Of a stretch of 64,000 nt of DNA, positions 36,497 to 49,511 are shown in pieces; position 1 is the stretch's first letter, and each line of letters begins with the position of its first letter. The notes beneath the pieces were generated by a model. The model was not told the DNA's origin. It was given only the letters and a program-made list of their open reading frames with translations, and made no database searches. Origin of the DNA: Raillietiella orientalis (lineage: Eukaryota); the NCBI GenBank assembly GCA_036172245.1, contig JAYWIR010000012.1, forward strand, positions 1,488,001 to 1,552,000, given 5' to 3'. Position numbers and translations under genes: made by a program.

Positions 36497-39400
36497 CTAA
36501 GGGAGCGTCCTGATCGCCGCACTAGGGGGAAGGTGATTCTCCCGGATTGGGAGGGGAGGGATCGGATCTTTCGAGGGGACTCCGATGGGGTGGAATGGGC
36601 AGAAGGGCTGTTCCAGGACGGCTCCAGAGGCGGGGCTGCAGGGAGGAGAGATCAGGGAGCTCATGCCCTCCCTGCTCTCCCTCCCATTTCTTACCCCCCG
36701 TCCCCATAGCCAGCAGCTGGGTGAAATCAGCTTCAGAGGCTTCCCGCCGCGATGCAGGAAGCCAATTATCCCGGCGGCGGCAGCAGACCGGGACTCGGGC
36801 GGGGGCCCGGAGCCCCGTGACCGGAGTCCATTAACTCCCCGGCGGCCGTAAAGTGGATTCCAGGGCTTCCGCAGCCGGCGCGCCCTCACTTTCCCTTTCG
36901 CCAGCCCCTCCTCCCGCTCCCCTGTCACCTTACCTTTCCCGTCCCTCCCCCCTCCCTTCCTTCCCGCCTATCCTTTCACCCTGCCGCCGCCAACTCCCCC
37001 ACCTCTTCCAGAGACGGAAGGACGGGGAGCAGCGCCCCCAAGCAAGGACAGAAAGAAGGCGCGGAGAGGGGAGGAAAGGGAACGGAAAACCCCGCTCCGC
37101 CTGGGGGGCAGCTCCCGTTTGAGCGGCGAAAAGGCACCGCTTGCGCGCGGGAACGTGTATCCGGGAAGGAGGGGTCCAAGATAGACCACTCCTCCGGCCC
37201 TACGAGCCGAGGCGGTCGCGCACTTCCAGAAGGGGTGGCGACGTCTCCGCTTTGGCTCTTCCTCACGGCAACGATCCAGGGTCAGCCGGGCGACGAGTCT
37301 GCAGGATCGCTGACTCCTGCTACCTGTCTCTCCCACGGGGGAAGGGAGGTGGCTCCTCTCTTCACTACCCTCTCCCCCCTTTCCATCCTAGTGCAGCTCG
37401 GATCCTTCCATCAGCCCCCTTGGCGCTTCTCCTGAGGCTGTTTTTTCTCCGGCAGCTCAGCGCATGCCCGTGCCTCGGGCGGTGAGGTTCCGGCCACCTC
37501 CTGGTCACGAACTACAGGGCAGTTTCAACCGAATTCAGCGGAAGATTCCAGGAATCGCCGGGAACGGTGAGTTGTTTCCCGGGCAACGAGCACTCAGAGA
37601 CCGGGTGGAAGCCATTGGTCAGGATTCCTGTGGGTCGCGTGCTGATCTCTTCGCTGTCTCTCCCCGCAGGCGCGTGGCCGTAGGAGTACTGCGAGGGCAC
37701 AAGGGCAGCTTCTTCTAACAATGCTGGGATGCGGTCATCGCCCTCAGGAAACTCACTCGTAACCCGAAACCACGGAGGTCGCTCCGCGGGAGTGCCCGCG
37801 TGCAGATGGCCTCGGAAGACGACCTCCGCGACCGCTTACACCGACGTCGCGATTCTCTCGGGCGGGAGGATAGGCTGACCTCCGCGTTCGGAAGGAGCAG
37901 ACCGTCCACTGGACTGGGGAAGGGATCTCTTCATGAGCTGCAAAGGGTCCTCGAAGGGCCCATTCCGAGCACGTGTCATGAGGCGCTCCCTAAGAGACGT
38001 CCACCGCTTCCTCCAGGTTCCTTTTGCCCGATAATGCCCCCCGAAGGCATCGCATCCCATGGCCCTTCGGGCCGTCTGCGCCCGTGATCTCTCCTCCCTG
38101 ACGCCTCTCTTGCTGCTGCATAGGCGCTCCTCGGGGGTCCTGCGCATCTGGGCAACCTTGGCCGCCACCAGAAAGGGGAGTTCCCCTGATGGGACGGATG
38201 GTGCACGCAAGCAGCAGTTGGGGAGACCCCTCCCTACTTTCGGGAGGAGAAGGCGAATGTCCCGCAGCATCTCGAGTCTCCCTCCCTCTTCCGCGTCCCC
38301 CTCCGCTTGCACTGCTTCTTTCAGGTTCCGTCCGCCGCGCGACCCACGCTCCTGGCTGCGGACCTGGGATGCTTTTCCCTCCTCTTCACCCCCGCGTCGG
38401 GGGTTCCTGAGGCCAGCTTCCCCGCCAAGGGGAGAAGAGCACGGGCGCTCTCTCCGAGCGTGTTCGGCGCTCCGCCTTGTCGGTATGCCCGCCCGCCCGC
38501 TGCAGCGCGCGCGGAAGGACCGGAGCAGAGACGGCGAAGGATCTTCCCTGCTCCCGCTCGTCGGTGGCGGAATGTAGAGCCTGGAGATAGGCGACGGATT
38601 CTCACCCTCCCGAAGACCGCCGTTCGCGTGCCTCCTCCTCGATCCCGCTCGCCCGCTCGTGCCAGGAAACAGGAAGCGGGGGAGGGGGGGGAAAGGGAAT
38701 TTTCTTTTTTCTTTTTTTTTCGTTTTCCGCGAAAGCGGGCGCTCGAGACGGGGAAATTTCCGGTCCGCCTCTCAGGGATCGGGAAGACTGTCGCGAGGGA
38801 GGGGAGGCCCGAACTCTCCGGCTGCCAGGAGACGCAGCATACGGATGCCGAGGCAGCGCCGACGCGCGGCGCCGGTTCTCGGGGGAGGACAAACGTCTTG
38901 GATTGCCGGGGTGAACGGGAAAAAGCCCTCGGGCGAGGTATCGGAAGTCTCCTCCTCATCTTCTCCAGGAGGCAGCAGGGATCTTGGGCTCTCTCGGCTG
39001 ACGGGATGCGGTCCCACCTCCTGCGGTCTCCTTCTCCAAGGATCGAAACGGAAGAGGGGACCTCTTTCCCACTTCCCCACCCAGAGGACCCAGCCGCCGA
39101 TGCCTCCGACCCCAGCGTCTCTTCGAGCCTCGTCCATCGGGAAGGGTCCTTCGGAAGGGATTGGTAGAGGAAGCCGGACGTCGGCCAAGCGTCTCTATGT
39201 AGACTTGGCCCTTTCTATGTGACCGTCTCCCCCCCCCCCCCATCCCACGAGATGGACGGCGGGGCGCCCGACCCCGTCCCTCCCTTTCCGTAAGGAACTC
39301 CACTGCTTGCAGAAGCTCCCGGGAAGAAGAGCGGGCGCCGCGGACAGGTGGGCAGCAGGCGCCAACCTGTTGGACGGGTAAGCGGCTACGAATCGGCTGG

Positions 39401-40699
39401 AACGAGGGAATGCTTGCCCTGCTCCTGAGGAGGAACCCGAGAGAGGGGAAGGTCGCTCCCGACGGGATGCATCCTCCTCCTCCTCCGTTCCTTTTTTTTT
39501 CCAGCCTCGATTCCCCAGAGGTACGGAAAACAAAGGAAGATGGAGGAGGGGGAGCCGCGGCCCGCGCGTGCGCCGGCACCTCGGGATCTCCGGGAGCCAC
39601 CGACCCTGCCGAGCCCCTGTTGGGAAAGACAGGGAGGGAGGGAGGGTCCCTACGGGGATCTGCAAAACGCCTCCTCAGGAATGGAGGGTGAGGAAAGGAG
39701 AAGGGCATCTCCCTGATACCGGAGAATCCTCCAGGAACGCGCTCTGCACCTCCCTTCTTCTCCTTATTGCCGAGGGTCGCCCAAATCCAACCGCGAGGCA
39801 GAAAGCTCTCCGTGCCCTTTCATGAGCTTCGGCCCCTACACCCGTCCACACGGAGCAGGCGTGATGCAGTCGCCCAGGGAACGCTGCATCTCTTCGCAGA
39901 CGGCGCTTTGCCCGAGAGAGATTTCCCCGGGAAGAGGAGAGTGTTTCCCGAGGGCCATGGCGAGTGCGAAGAAAGTCCCGGCGGAGAGGAGGAAGGAAGG
40001 GGAGAAAGCAGTGGGGTCGGAGAGGCCTTTCGCGAGACCCCGGTCTTCGGCTAGGCACAGATGGGCGAGCTGCCCTTGCCTGCGAACCCGTCGCCCTCAG
40101 GAGCGTCGGGAGGGGCCAAAGGGAGAAGAACTGAAGGAAGGGGAGGGGGGGATGGAAAGCCAGCTTGCCCGCTGTTGGCGGAGTAACCCGAAGGGTGTGG
40201 CTGCGCGGGCGTTCGTGCCCCTTTGCGCCCATGCCGAAGGTAAAGGAATCTGCCCCCCGTTGCCCTACACCCAGCCTCCCCCACTGTCCTCGGGGCACTC
40301 ACCTCTTCGGCCGGGCGATCCTCCGTCGACGGCAGCCGCAGCTTCCCCCACACGCGGCCAGTCGGAGCTCCGCGCGACTGGGATCGGGCAACGTGCGATC
40401 CCGGAAGACGTGCCGGGAGTCGCGGCTCTGCGGCGGCGCCGCTGCTGCTGCATGAGCGAGGAGGGGTGCGATCGCCCGCGCAGCTACTCCCGTCGGGTTT
40501 CCTTGATGTCGCAGGCGACCGATCCCGGAAATTTAGTCCTAGGAAAGCGGGATATGGTGAGGGGGGTCCCTCCCAAACTTTTTGGTGCTTCTTGGTTCTC
40601 TCCCCTTCCGTCCCTACCACCGCTTCCGAGGACGATGGGGCTGCAGGAGTCCTGCCTCCGCCAGGGTCACTTCACGTGGGCATTCCAACGGCCATCCTA

Positions 40700-41480
40700 C
40701 GTGTAGAGGGTTCTGAGTCCTGGCCCACACCTCCGGAGAAAAGCTCCAGGGTCCAAGAGGTGCTGAGCACTGGAGGACCCACGAGGAGAGACTCCCGTTC
40801 ACCCCAGGAGTCTGTACGTGAGGGAGTTCTTGCCAAGACTCTCCTGCTGGAGGTGCACTGGGCTTCCAGAGGGTCACTGAGGGCCGATTCAAGGAGCCTC
40901 GGGGGATGGTTGCTGCCACTGTCTTGAAGGGGGCCAGAATAGAGGGGAGAGAGAGGAAGCGATCCATCTCTGTCCAGAAAAGGGAGGTCCTTCACGAAGA
41001 GGGGAATGGGAAGGGGCAGGAGGCTCCGGCGTGGCCCTGCGAGCCTGCCAAACCTCTGCTCCGATAGCAAAGACGATCCCATAAAGCATCTTCCTTGCTT
41101 GGATTTCCTACCGGAACTCCTCAAGAACATCGCCATGGAGACGCTCTGAGTTTGCGCACCCCGCAGCTGCGACTGCCCTCCTTCCTCATGATGGCAGTCG
41201 TTCAGGGAAGCATCCCGCTCCGTGTCACCCGTAAGGATGGAGCCGACGCCTTCCTGGCTGTCGGAGTCTTCATCTCATCTCTCCGCAAAGGATTCGCTGG
41301 GAGGAGGGCAGGCTGGGATGAGTTCCCGTGCCTCCCCGATCTGCGCAGGGTGCCCTGAACTGGAATGCGGAGTCGCAAAACGAGGGCGACCACCGCCCAG
41401 CTGTGGCTCGGTGGTGCCTGGAGACGCCGAGATCCTTTCCTTCTTTCATTCCCTGGGCCCAATCTGGGATGGTCCATCAG
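40700..41480 (-). mobile_element. LINE reverse-transcriptase relic
   Basis: SLLSEQRF...GPRRSLLPLPIPLFVKDLP (cf. SFLS.R.F...GVPQGS.L.P.LF.LF.NDLP), then LLESALSD (cf. LQ.AL..L). Confidence 0.45.
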
Positions 41481-41624
41481 CGCGCATCAGAAAGACAGGG
41501 TGGATGCGTTCGGTCCACAGGCTGGCAGGAAGATCCACGGAGTGAGTGATCTAGCGGTGCGTCGCCCACCCCGGCTTGCGCAGTTTCGCCCTCGCGCCGT
41601 CAGAGTGCAGTGAGCTTCGCCATC

Positions 41625-41702
41625 GAGAGTTTGCTCGAGGCGTTAAGATGCTGCACTCATCTCAGCTCCTCCATGGGAAGGGTTGTGCGCCCAACTGTGA
41701 GA
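41625..41702 (+). pseudogene. Possible highly decayed tRNA-Leu-like sequence
   Basis: cgag..gt.taag..gctgc..tca..tc.cag......tgg....gggtt......ccca....tga.a is colinear with tRNA-Leu(CAG); the B-box is degraded. Confidence 0.3.
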
Positions 41703-41747
41703 CTCCCTGCCACCTCGCGAACCCACGAAATCTGGGGCTGAGTCCTT

Positions 41748-42110
41748 GCTGGTGGCCGGCGGTGTGGCTGTGGTCTTTACGTGACATCAGGCGTCGCGGG
41801 TTCAAATTCCACTCGAGGGTAGGATCGACTCCGAGATCGGGCGATGTCGTGGGTTTCGAGTCCCCCTCCAAGATGACGCTGGTTGACCTGAAGGCTTCGT
41901 TTGCAGAGGCCCTGGTGGAAGTCGGAAAATCCCTTTGACTGTCGGGTGGGAAGCTGACCCACCGGAGTCCTTCCAGAACATCAAAGAGCCTTTCGGGGTT
42001 TTCTTACATCGTGTACCATGGAGCTGGTTGATACTCCCTCTACAGAGTGTCAAAAGCGCGCTGCTCCCTTCGGGGAGCGTCCTTCAGAGAAGTTGGGGAG
42101 CTTCCCTTCG
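41748..42110 (+). mobile_element. Long tRNA-headed SINE-like element, copy B (internally deleted, 3'-truncated)
   Basis: ggtggccggcggtgtgg (A-box-like), gggttcaaattcc (B-box), gtcgtgggtttcgagtcccc, aagatgacgctggttgacc, hairpin gctcccttcggggagc. Confidence 0.75.
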
Positions 42111-42539
42111 AAACATGGGGAACTCCTGTGAAAACAAGACGAGATGACGTCACAAGTGAGCAGCTGATCTGGACAGAGACCTCCTCGCTCCGTGAGATCC
42201 CTGAAGCACTCTTCAGTGGGGCATCCAGAAAGGTTGCTCCTCCGCTTCACGTAGGGGATCACCTAGGCAACATCCAAGAAGCGTGCGACAAGCCGAGAGA
42301 TCTTTCTCAAAAGAGAGACGGGAAGAAAAGATGCCCAGGGAACAGGGACGCAAAGAAGAGGCATAAGAGGACGGTCGGCAAGCTGGGAACCCAGTGAGAA
42401 GCTGCCAGGAGGACGTCCAGACGGAGATAGAGGAAAGTCAGCAGCCTTGCAGGACCCCGGATCATCCTGTCGGCATGGCTCGCCTCCAAAAACGCCATGC
42501 AGATGGGAGTGCATCACTCATTCTGCAAGCATCCTGACG

Positions 42540-43020
42540 CTGGGTGAGGCCATTTCCCTACTGGTTTTCGGTCTCCGGGGTGTCCTCCCCTGACCGGCAC
42601 CCGAAAGCGAGGGCGGGAAGAGTGACAGGATCCCCGCGCAAAACGTCCGTGAAGTCCGAAAAAGGACGCAAGGAGGGCGGTCCTCGGAGAGCGAAGGTTC
42701 AACTTGTTCTCCCCGTGGTCCTACCGGGAGTCCAGCGAATGCCCAGATCACGGTGGAGACCTGCAAAATCTCGGAGGGATGGAGCACGTGCGGTGGAAGC
42801 CAAGAGCGGCTACTGGGTCCTCGAAGGAGACTTTCTGAAGCATCGTCTGGCACTTCCCGAGGTTATGAGGATCTGTTCATCCGAGCAACAGTCCCTCTGG
42901 AGCCGCGAGGACCCAGTCGCTGGTTTCCGGAACACAATCAAGCAACGTCTGGGACACTTGCTCTCCCGGATTCACGAGCTGCCGGAGAGGTTCCCCATCT
43001 TGCGCGTGGCGGGTTGATTC
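42540..43020 (+). mobile_element. Possible LINE endonuclease relic
   Basis: GRKEGG (cf. GR.GGGV) and YWVLEGDFLKH (cf. .IILGDFNAH). Confidence 0.35.
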
Positions 43021-43899
43021 CGAGCGGGAAAGTTTCCCCCACGCCTCCATCGGTAGGTGACAGTGGCCAGGGTTCAGAAGAAGAGAGGTGCACGGAGATG
43101 TATGAGGAGGAACCCTATTTTCCTACCCATGCGAGAGCGCTCCTCTGGAGAGACGCTCCCTGAGGAGGTCAGATTCAGGTGAAGCCGTGGTTAAGCTGGT
43201 GCATTCTCGAGGGGCGCGTGAGAAGCTCGAGCTCAAGACAGCCCTCTCCCCTTCCTCTCAGGGATGCTCCGTGGTGGGAGCGCAGCAGCCGTAGATGACC
43301 TCAGGGAGCTGCGCGCAGCCTCCATGAGGCGTCTGTCCATATCGTCCCCTCGCAAGGGGAATCCAGCCAGTTTGCGGTCGGTGCTGGGCACCGGCAAGGT
43401 GCGCTTTTCTTTCGGAGGGGAATTTCCCGTACGCCCTCTCTAACGAGGGTCCGAAGCGGGCTGCACCACGGAGCACGGTAACTTCCTCCGAAGCTGCTCT
43501 TTCCCTCGCGGTCCGCCCTTTCGTCGTTTCTCCAGCTTTCTCTCTTCTCCTTGTAAAGCCCACTCATCACTCCGTTCCACGAGAGACGGGTCCGTGGCTC
43601 CAGATTTCCGCGTTCGGGAAGGCAGACTCCCCTCACCCACTCTTGAAGCATCCCTCATGCACCGCGACGTGCTGCGGACTTTCATCAGCATGTTCCTCAG
43701 CTCTGGTCCCTCTTTTCCACGTCCCTTCCCGAATACGTCGGAACGAATTGATCGAGGCGTCATCCTGCTTTCATTTCGCCGATGGACCTTCCTCAGTCAG
43801 CTTTCCGAGATCTATGGTTTAATCTCACTCTGAACTGAGCTCTGCACATTCAGCTGCATCCGCATAATTTGGTCCTCTGAACTGTCGAGACCACGGGGA

Positions 43900-46680
43900 A
43901 ACGGTGGTTCCCCAGTGAAATGCAGAGGACCAAGCTTCGCACACCTCTATCACGTGGCGATTTCATCCGCTCTTTGCAGCATCCTTATCATAGGGATCGG
44001 TATCAGGATGGGAGAAAGGCAGAGGACAGGCTGCTTCCCTTGCAACCATTTGCTTTGCTGAATTTCAAAGTTCTTCTCCTTTCTCGAACGAGGTCTTCTC
44101 TGAAAATTATCCAAAGGTGCGAAGAAGCTTCTGGAAACAATCAAAAGCTCCTAAAGAAGATCCTTGGGCTTGTTCCAACGCCATGTCTCTTCTCCCGTGT
44201 CACATTTTACAGAGTTTATGAGATTTCGTCTGGCATCTCAGCAAAAATGGAGCTGCCGTCCGCAAAACCACTTTGGTCACTGAGGTGGATCTTCATGCTT
44301 TTGTGCCTTCATCTGTCTCTTGTCCATTCATGGCTTCCTCAAAGGTTCGCGTAAAGATCAACATTCCCACTTCCTGCCGGTTACGCCTGCGTGGCCAGGC
44401 AACAAGGAGGCTTAGGCACGGTCTACAAGGAGATTTTCCAGAATGTTTGTCAGTTATTCGAAATTCCGCTACATGACTCGGGTACTGGCAGCCGGCGACA
44501 GAGTTCTTCAGCGTCTGCTCAAACCCGACTTCTCCTTTCGGACAAATCCTCTAAGAGGACGAGCTTGGCTTCGCGAGAGGTCCATCCCTCTTCCAGCGGA
44601 CGTCTCTGGAATTTGATGCGAAGGATGGATGCTCACGGAGACAATCTAGCTTGCTTCTTCGAGATCTTCAGCGTCCTCAACAGCTCGTTGCTTCGCGGAT
44701 CCCATCATGCCACTGACGACAACTGCCTGCGCTGGCATCCAGGACTCCATTCGCAGTGAAGTGGATGGTGGCCCCTCGGCAAGGATGCCCTTTCTCTGTG
44801 TCGCGCCTTCCCTCGTCTTGGGACATCAGATCGCGTCCCTAAGTCTATGCCCGGTATGGTCAGGTAGGAAAACAGCATTTACGATTGTTGGGCGGCCATC
44901 CCTTTGACCTGTTCCATCATTCTCATCGTCTGGTATGATCATCCTATTTGGGTGAGTGGAGCAGCATTTTAGGATTGGCGCAACTTCCACAACAGTACAT
45001 TCCATCGGTTCCTCTTCGATTTGGTGAGAGATTTGGGAGACGGTTCTCCTACAGGCAGAGGTGAAGTGGACGCTCATATATAAGTCTTTGCGCGAACCTA
45101 AGCTACACTCCTTTGTGCGTAGGATGCCCTTGGGCACGATGTTGTTTCACGCATGTTGTGTGATCTTTCTCCAAGGATACGCTACGTTCACTTTACTTTT
45201 GTTTCCTTGGATGCCTTTGGTCCGCCGCTGTTCGCTATTCTTAGATCCAAGTACTGTGAATCTAAAAAGACCAAAGAGCAGTGGAGATGAAGAATGGTCT
45301 TATCCAACTGAACCGACTGGTCATTATCCTATAGGGAGTTTCTCCGAAAACATGGCCACTTCCAAGGCGAAGTTTCGGATAGCCCCGACTATCCTTCTGG
45401 GCAGTAAGCTGGTCAGTTGTTCTAGGGATCTTACCAGAACAAGTTTCAGAGGTGGATTTCATTGCGGCAGCTAAATCTTTCTCTGATTTCAGCAGCTGTA
45501 TTGAAAAGTTAAAGACTTCCAGCTTAGGAGTCGACGGGAGATGAAACAGTCGCAGTTCCTTTTCTTGCTCACTCTCTGATACCTTGTCGGTTGGTTTATC
45601 TGGATGGCGAATTCGCGGCTCATTTCACTATCGGGATGGTCCTTAAACCCGATTTCGTTTCTCGGGGCTTAAATCGTCCGGTGCAGCTGCTACTCCGAAC
45701 CAGTCTATCCTCCGCACATCCTGGCAGCTTGGCGGTAAGAAAAATGACCACGCTGCAAGAAGCAGCTGCTTCCTTTGTTCTGTGGATGGCAATGCAAAAG
45801 AATTTTCGAGATGAATCTCCAACATCAAGAAACCAAGACAATCCGCCAAAGACGAGGTCATGCTGGAAAAAAGAAAGCTCACTCAAAAAGGTCCCCATCT
45901 GAAGACTTTCATCATTTAAAGTTTGTCTTGTGAAAGATCTGCACGTACAAATCTTTGACTCGTTAACCCACGTTATCCTCCGTTGTATGTAAGATGTCCT
46001 GGGGCACGATGCTGTTTCACACATGTCATGGTCTTCCTCCATGGAGGAGCTGTCAGGATGTTCTGGCGTGGAACTTGAACGAATCCTAAGCTGAAGCACC
46101 GGCCACCAAAAGCGGGTCATCAAACCAGTCGATCAATGATAGAGTAGGTCAAGAGGAAGTCCTCGATTCCTTCGCCATTTTGGGATATTTTAGTCTTGGT
46201 TTTCTTGTCCCGGACACGTGTTTCTGTTTCCTGTTAGCAACTTCTCTTTCCTGTAAGTACAGCAAGTGTCCTCTGGGGTTACTCCGCTTCCTTCACCCAG
46301 CTGATCAAATATTGCTAGGGAGACATGGTTTCAAGAAGGTTGAGGACTCCAGAGGTGCTCTCAGGCGTAATCGAATCGTTTTCTACCGAATGATCCTGGA
46401 TGTTAGAGAGAAAACCACTTTAATCTTCAAATCAGTTCGCTTGCTTTCTGCGACTGTCGCTCCGTTTTAGATGCCAAAGATGCAGGAGTGCTGCAGCTTG
46501 CAAACAAGGACTCTGGCATTCTTTTCTCTCCTAGTTCGAAGATTCCACAGCTTGCGGATCTCTCTCCGAGGTCTCTTTGATCTCTCGAGTCGCTGAAGGC
46601 TCTTGAGAGCCAGCTGTCGTGTCGTTGCCCTCGTCTCTAGCGTTCGAAAATTCCCAATCCTAAGGTCGACCCAATCTCGC
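43900..46680 (-). mobile_element. Decayed LINE ORF2 relic (endonuclease to post-RT)
   Basis: In order on the minus strand: LRIGNFRTL (cf. LRIGTWNVRTL), WFLDVGDSSRKFF (cf. WL..GD.NTKFF), GKIPRTTDQLTA (cf. KSPGPDGLTA), KGILAEGPPS (cf. RGIRQGDPLS). Confidence 0.4.
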
Positions 46681-48029
46681 AGGCTTCTGTGGTCTGTACA
46701 GCGCCTCACGCAGTCATCGGTCGCACTCAAACGAAAGCTGACTTGACTTTCAGATGGGAAGACAAAAGTAAAAGCTGGTCCGATAACTCGAAAACGCATT
46801 ATTTGGTTTCCGGAGCTCAGTTTTCCCAGCGAGAGAACGCAGCGTCAGCACCGGTCTCCATCTGGCGCTATCCAAACGGAATCTCATCGAGTTCCTGGCT
46901 ACTTCAAGCTCTCTTCCTGAGATCTGCAAGATAAACGGGGAAGGAAAACTGATCGCTCAGAGGAAACTTTCTCATGCTGTTGACAAAAGCGAAGAGCAGC
47001 AGATCCTCTAACAAGAAATGAAGCTATTCTCTGTGCACCGAGTGCAGCCGACTGTAAAGGAAACCCCAGGTAAACACAGGGTGTTTCGAGCACGCGCAAG
47101 TGACCATCTGGGGAGGCTCTGGGACTGGTCTTCTTGCCCCGAGCACGTGCTTCTGTTTTCAGTGGAAACTCCTCTTTCCCTTAAGCACAGTGAATGCAGC
47201 CTGATTACAGCCGCAAACTCTGTGTCCGAATTCGCTTCTGGCAAAGAATCCAAATCAGTAGCGAGTTCAAAACGCAAAAACATCACAGACAAGGGGAAGC
47301 AAGTTTTGCCGAAGAATCGAAAAGAGTGATGTAGCACGTGTGAACAGGATGAGCCGACACGTCACACTTCCTTCCATTCTCTCTCTGGTGTCTCTTAGTC
47401 ACAACAGGATGGCAGCTATTCTGCGCTCCTTTATAGCCAGCTTTAATTTGGTTTAGGCTGTTACTGTGTTCTGGCAGAGGCCTCGGCTGCTGTAAATCAT
47501 TTGCGTGACACATGACGTTCTCTACCGTCCGTGGATCACGCAGGGTTCGTTCGATCCGTGCGGAGGGCGGAGTGTCGTCTGAACTCGTTTACAGCGAGGC
47601 CAACACGAGGAACAGACAGAACTCCCGGAGTGCGTGGCTGCAAGCCGAGCACCTCGTCCTACTGGTAGACATTCTCCTACAAAGATGCGACGGCACTTTC
47701 ATCAGATAAGCTTCAGATGATTAAAGCCCTCAGACTGTGGTCTTTACGAGTGTGTTTTCCTTTTTTCGCATTTGGCAGCAACTCTTTTGTTTCTTTGATG
47801 TCAGAGACTCTCATTTCGAAGATCAGTCTGCATTTCATGCTGCGCCCTTCTCAGAGACAAAGGAGCAGGTGCTTCTTGCAACATGTCGGTTTTCCTACTA
47901 CTCAACTGCCAGGGTGAATAGAATAGAAATTCCATTTATTCCTCACAGATTAGTTTAAAGTGTAGGTGATACGAGGGAGGTCCAAATGCGACAGGGTCAA
48001 ACTTTGAGAAAGAGCAACCTGGGGAAAAC

Positions 48030-49340
48030 ATGAAAAGAAGCACCAAGGTACACCCGAATCGATATCAACAAGAAAAGGTTCGCTTGAGCAGTAATGTTTC
48101 TTTCCTCAAGGTGATTAACACAGCAGCCTTCTGCCTAGTGCACAAGAAGACTCCAATAAAGGTGGAACTGCTGCAAAGGAAGACATCATTGTTTTCAAAT
48201 AGCAAACCAAGGCGCGGAGTGATCCTCGAGTTCTTCTGGAGCCTGCGAGATGACGGTGCCATTGGGGTGAAGTTGCAAAAAAACTCCGTGGAACTCACGG
48301 AGACGCGAAAACTCCCGGACCTCACCAAGGATTAGTGCAGGTGGCCGCTTGCGGTTTCTACCCGAAGTCATTGAAATGGTCGACAGGTCTGATGACGGCG
48401 CCGTATGCCGAATGAGAGAGTGGGTAAACATCGATCCCACCTCCTGGAGTCGACGAATACTTACCACTATCCAGGTAAGGATTTTTCGTCTTGAACTCGT
48501 TCCAAGCAGCAAGGAGATATGGAAAGCAGAACTGACCTTGGTGACTCCTGGATTCCTCCCTGTTCCATGGGAAACGCGGCTGTTGATATGCCAAGGGTGC
48601 ACCTTCAAAATCCAAGACAAGGAACATTTCGCCATCAGTGGCAACATACACGCAACAGATGAAAGGAATACTCATCTACAGGGCACGCTCACGTTTAAAA
48701 AACCCGTACAAACAGTACGTCGATGCTGACGACCAATGCCGGCATCCGCGATCAGATATTTCGTGCACACAAGGAAGGCAACGCCTTCTCCACGGCGCCA
48801 GCCGCTTCGGGATGCAACTTGTGAAGCTGCGAGTGTTTGGAGAAATGTTCTCGAGGAGGGACCTACAACGGGACACACCGAAAGACGCCCTCCTGCTCCA
48901 TCACGGATAAATAATCAGTAGATGGAAGATCAAGTGCTGCGCGAAGAATGCACAAGGCGGGCTCTGCTCGGCGTATGGAGATTAGGAAACGGAGGTCCAC
49001 GTGCTCACCTGAACTCCGCTAAGATCCGGAGGCGGCGACGAGCCTGCAGACCAGTGCAGGGATGGGAAACCGGGATGGATTGTTTGAAAGGAACGGCAAC
49101 GTTCCCGGATGCAATCCTATGGTAAGGACGATGACTGTCCTCTTCATCACAAGCAACGAAAAGAGCGACAATGAAGAAGCAAAGAAAGCAGCACCGCATA
49201 GGGTCATTCTCACAAGGAATTATCCAAAGGGTGGTTGGAATCAGGAACTGCGGCAAAATCCCAGCCTGTTTTCCAAAAGCATGCCACAGTGGAATGCCAC
49301 TAATCGGCAGCACTCGAAAACACTTTTCTGACTGATGACG
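48030..49340 (+). mobile_element. I/Nimb-like LINE 5' part: decayed ORF1 and the first codons of ORF2
   Basis: PIKVE...SNSKPRRGVI (cf. V..H..LN..RGVI), IFRLELVP..KEI...LVTPGFLPVP...ICQ (cf. LTF....LP..IK....VRPYIP.P..C..CQ), then MPQWNA (APE start QWN). Confidence 0.5.
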
Positions 49341-49511
49341 TGTTCCGGAAGAGGTGCAAACAAACAAACACAATTCCCGTTCCCGTCTCACGGGAATACA
49401 AGTTGGGCACAGCAGAGTCACCCCGCCGCATGTCGGCGTGAGCTCAACTCGAGCAACACGCTCTTGAGGAAGGGAACACGGGACGAGCCACTCGAAAACG
49501 ACCGGGTGAAG

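Noticed and set aside
31100..40700. Numerous 150-290 aa ORFs on both strands
   Set aside because: R/G/P/S-rich translations typical of non-coding GC-rich DNA; no codon bias or domains apparent.
49330..49345. ctgatga as a hammerhead ribozyme core (retrozyme idea for the repeat family)
   Set aside because: Lies outside the repeat, is not shared by the copies, and I could not find the flanking stems and GAAA in the required arrangement.
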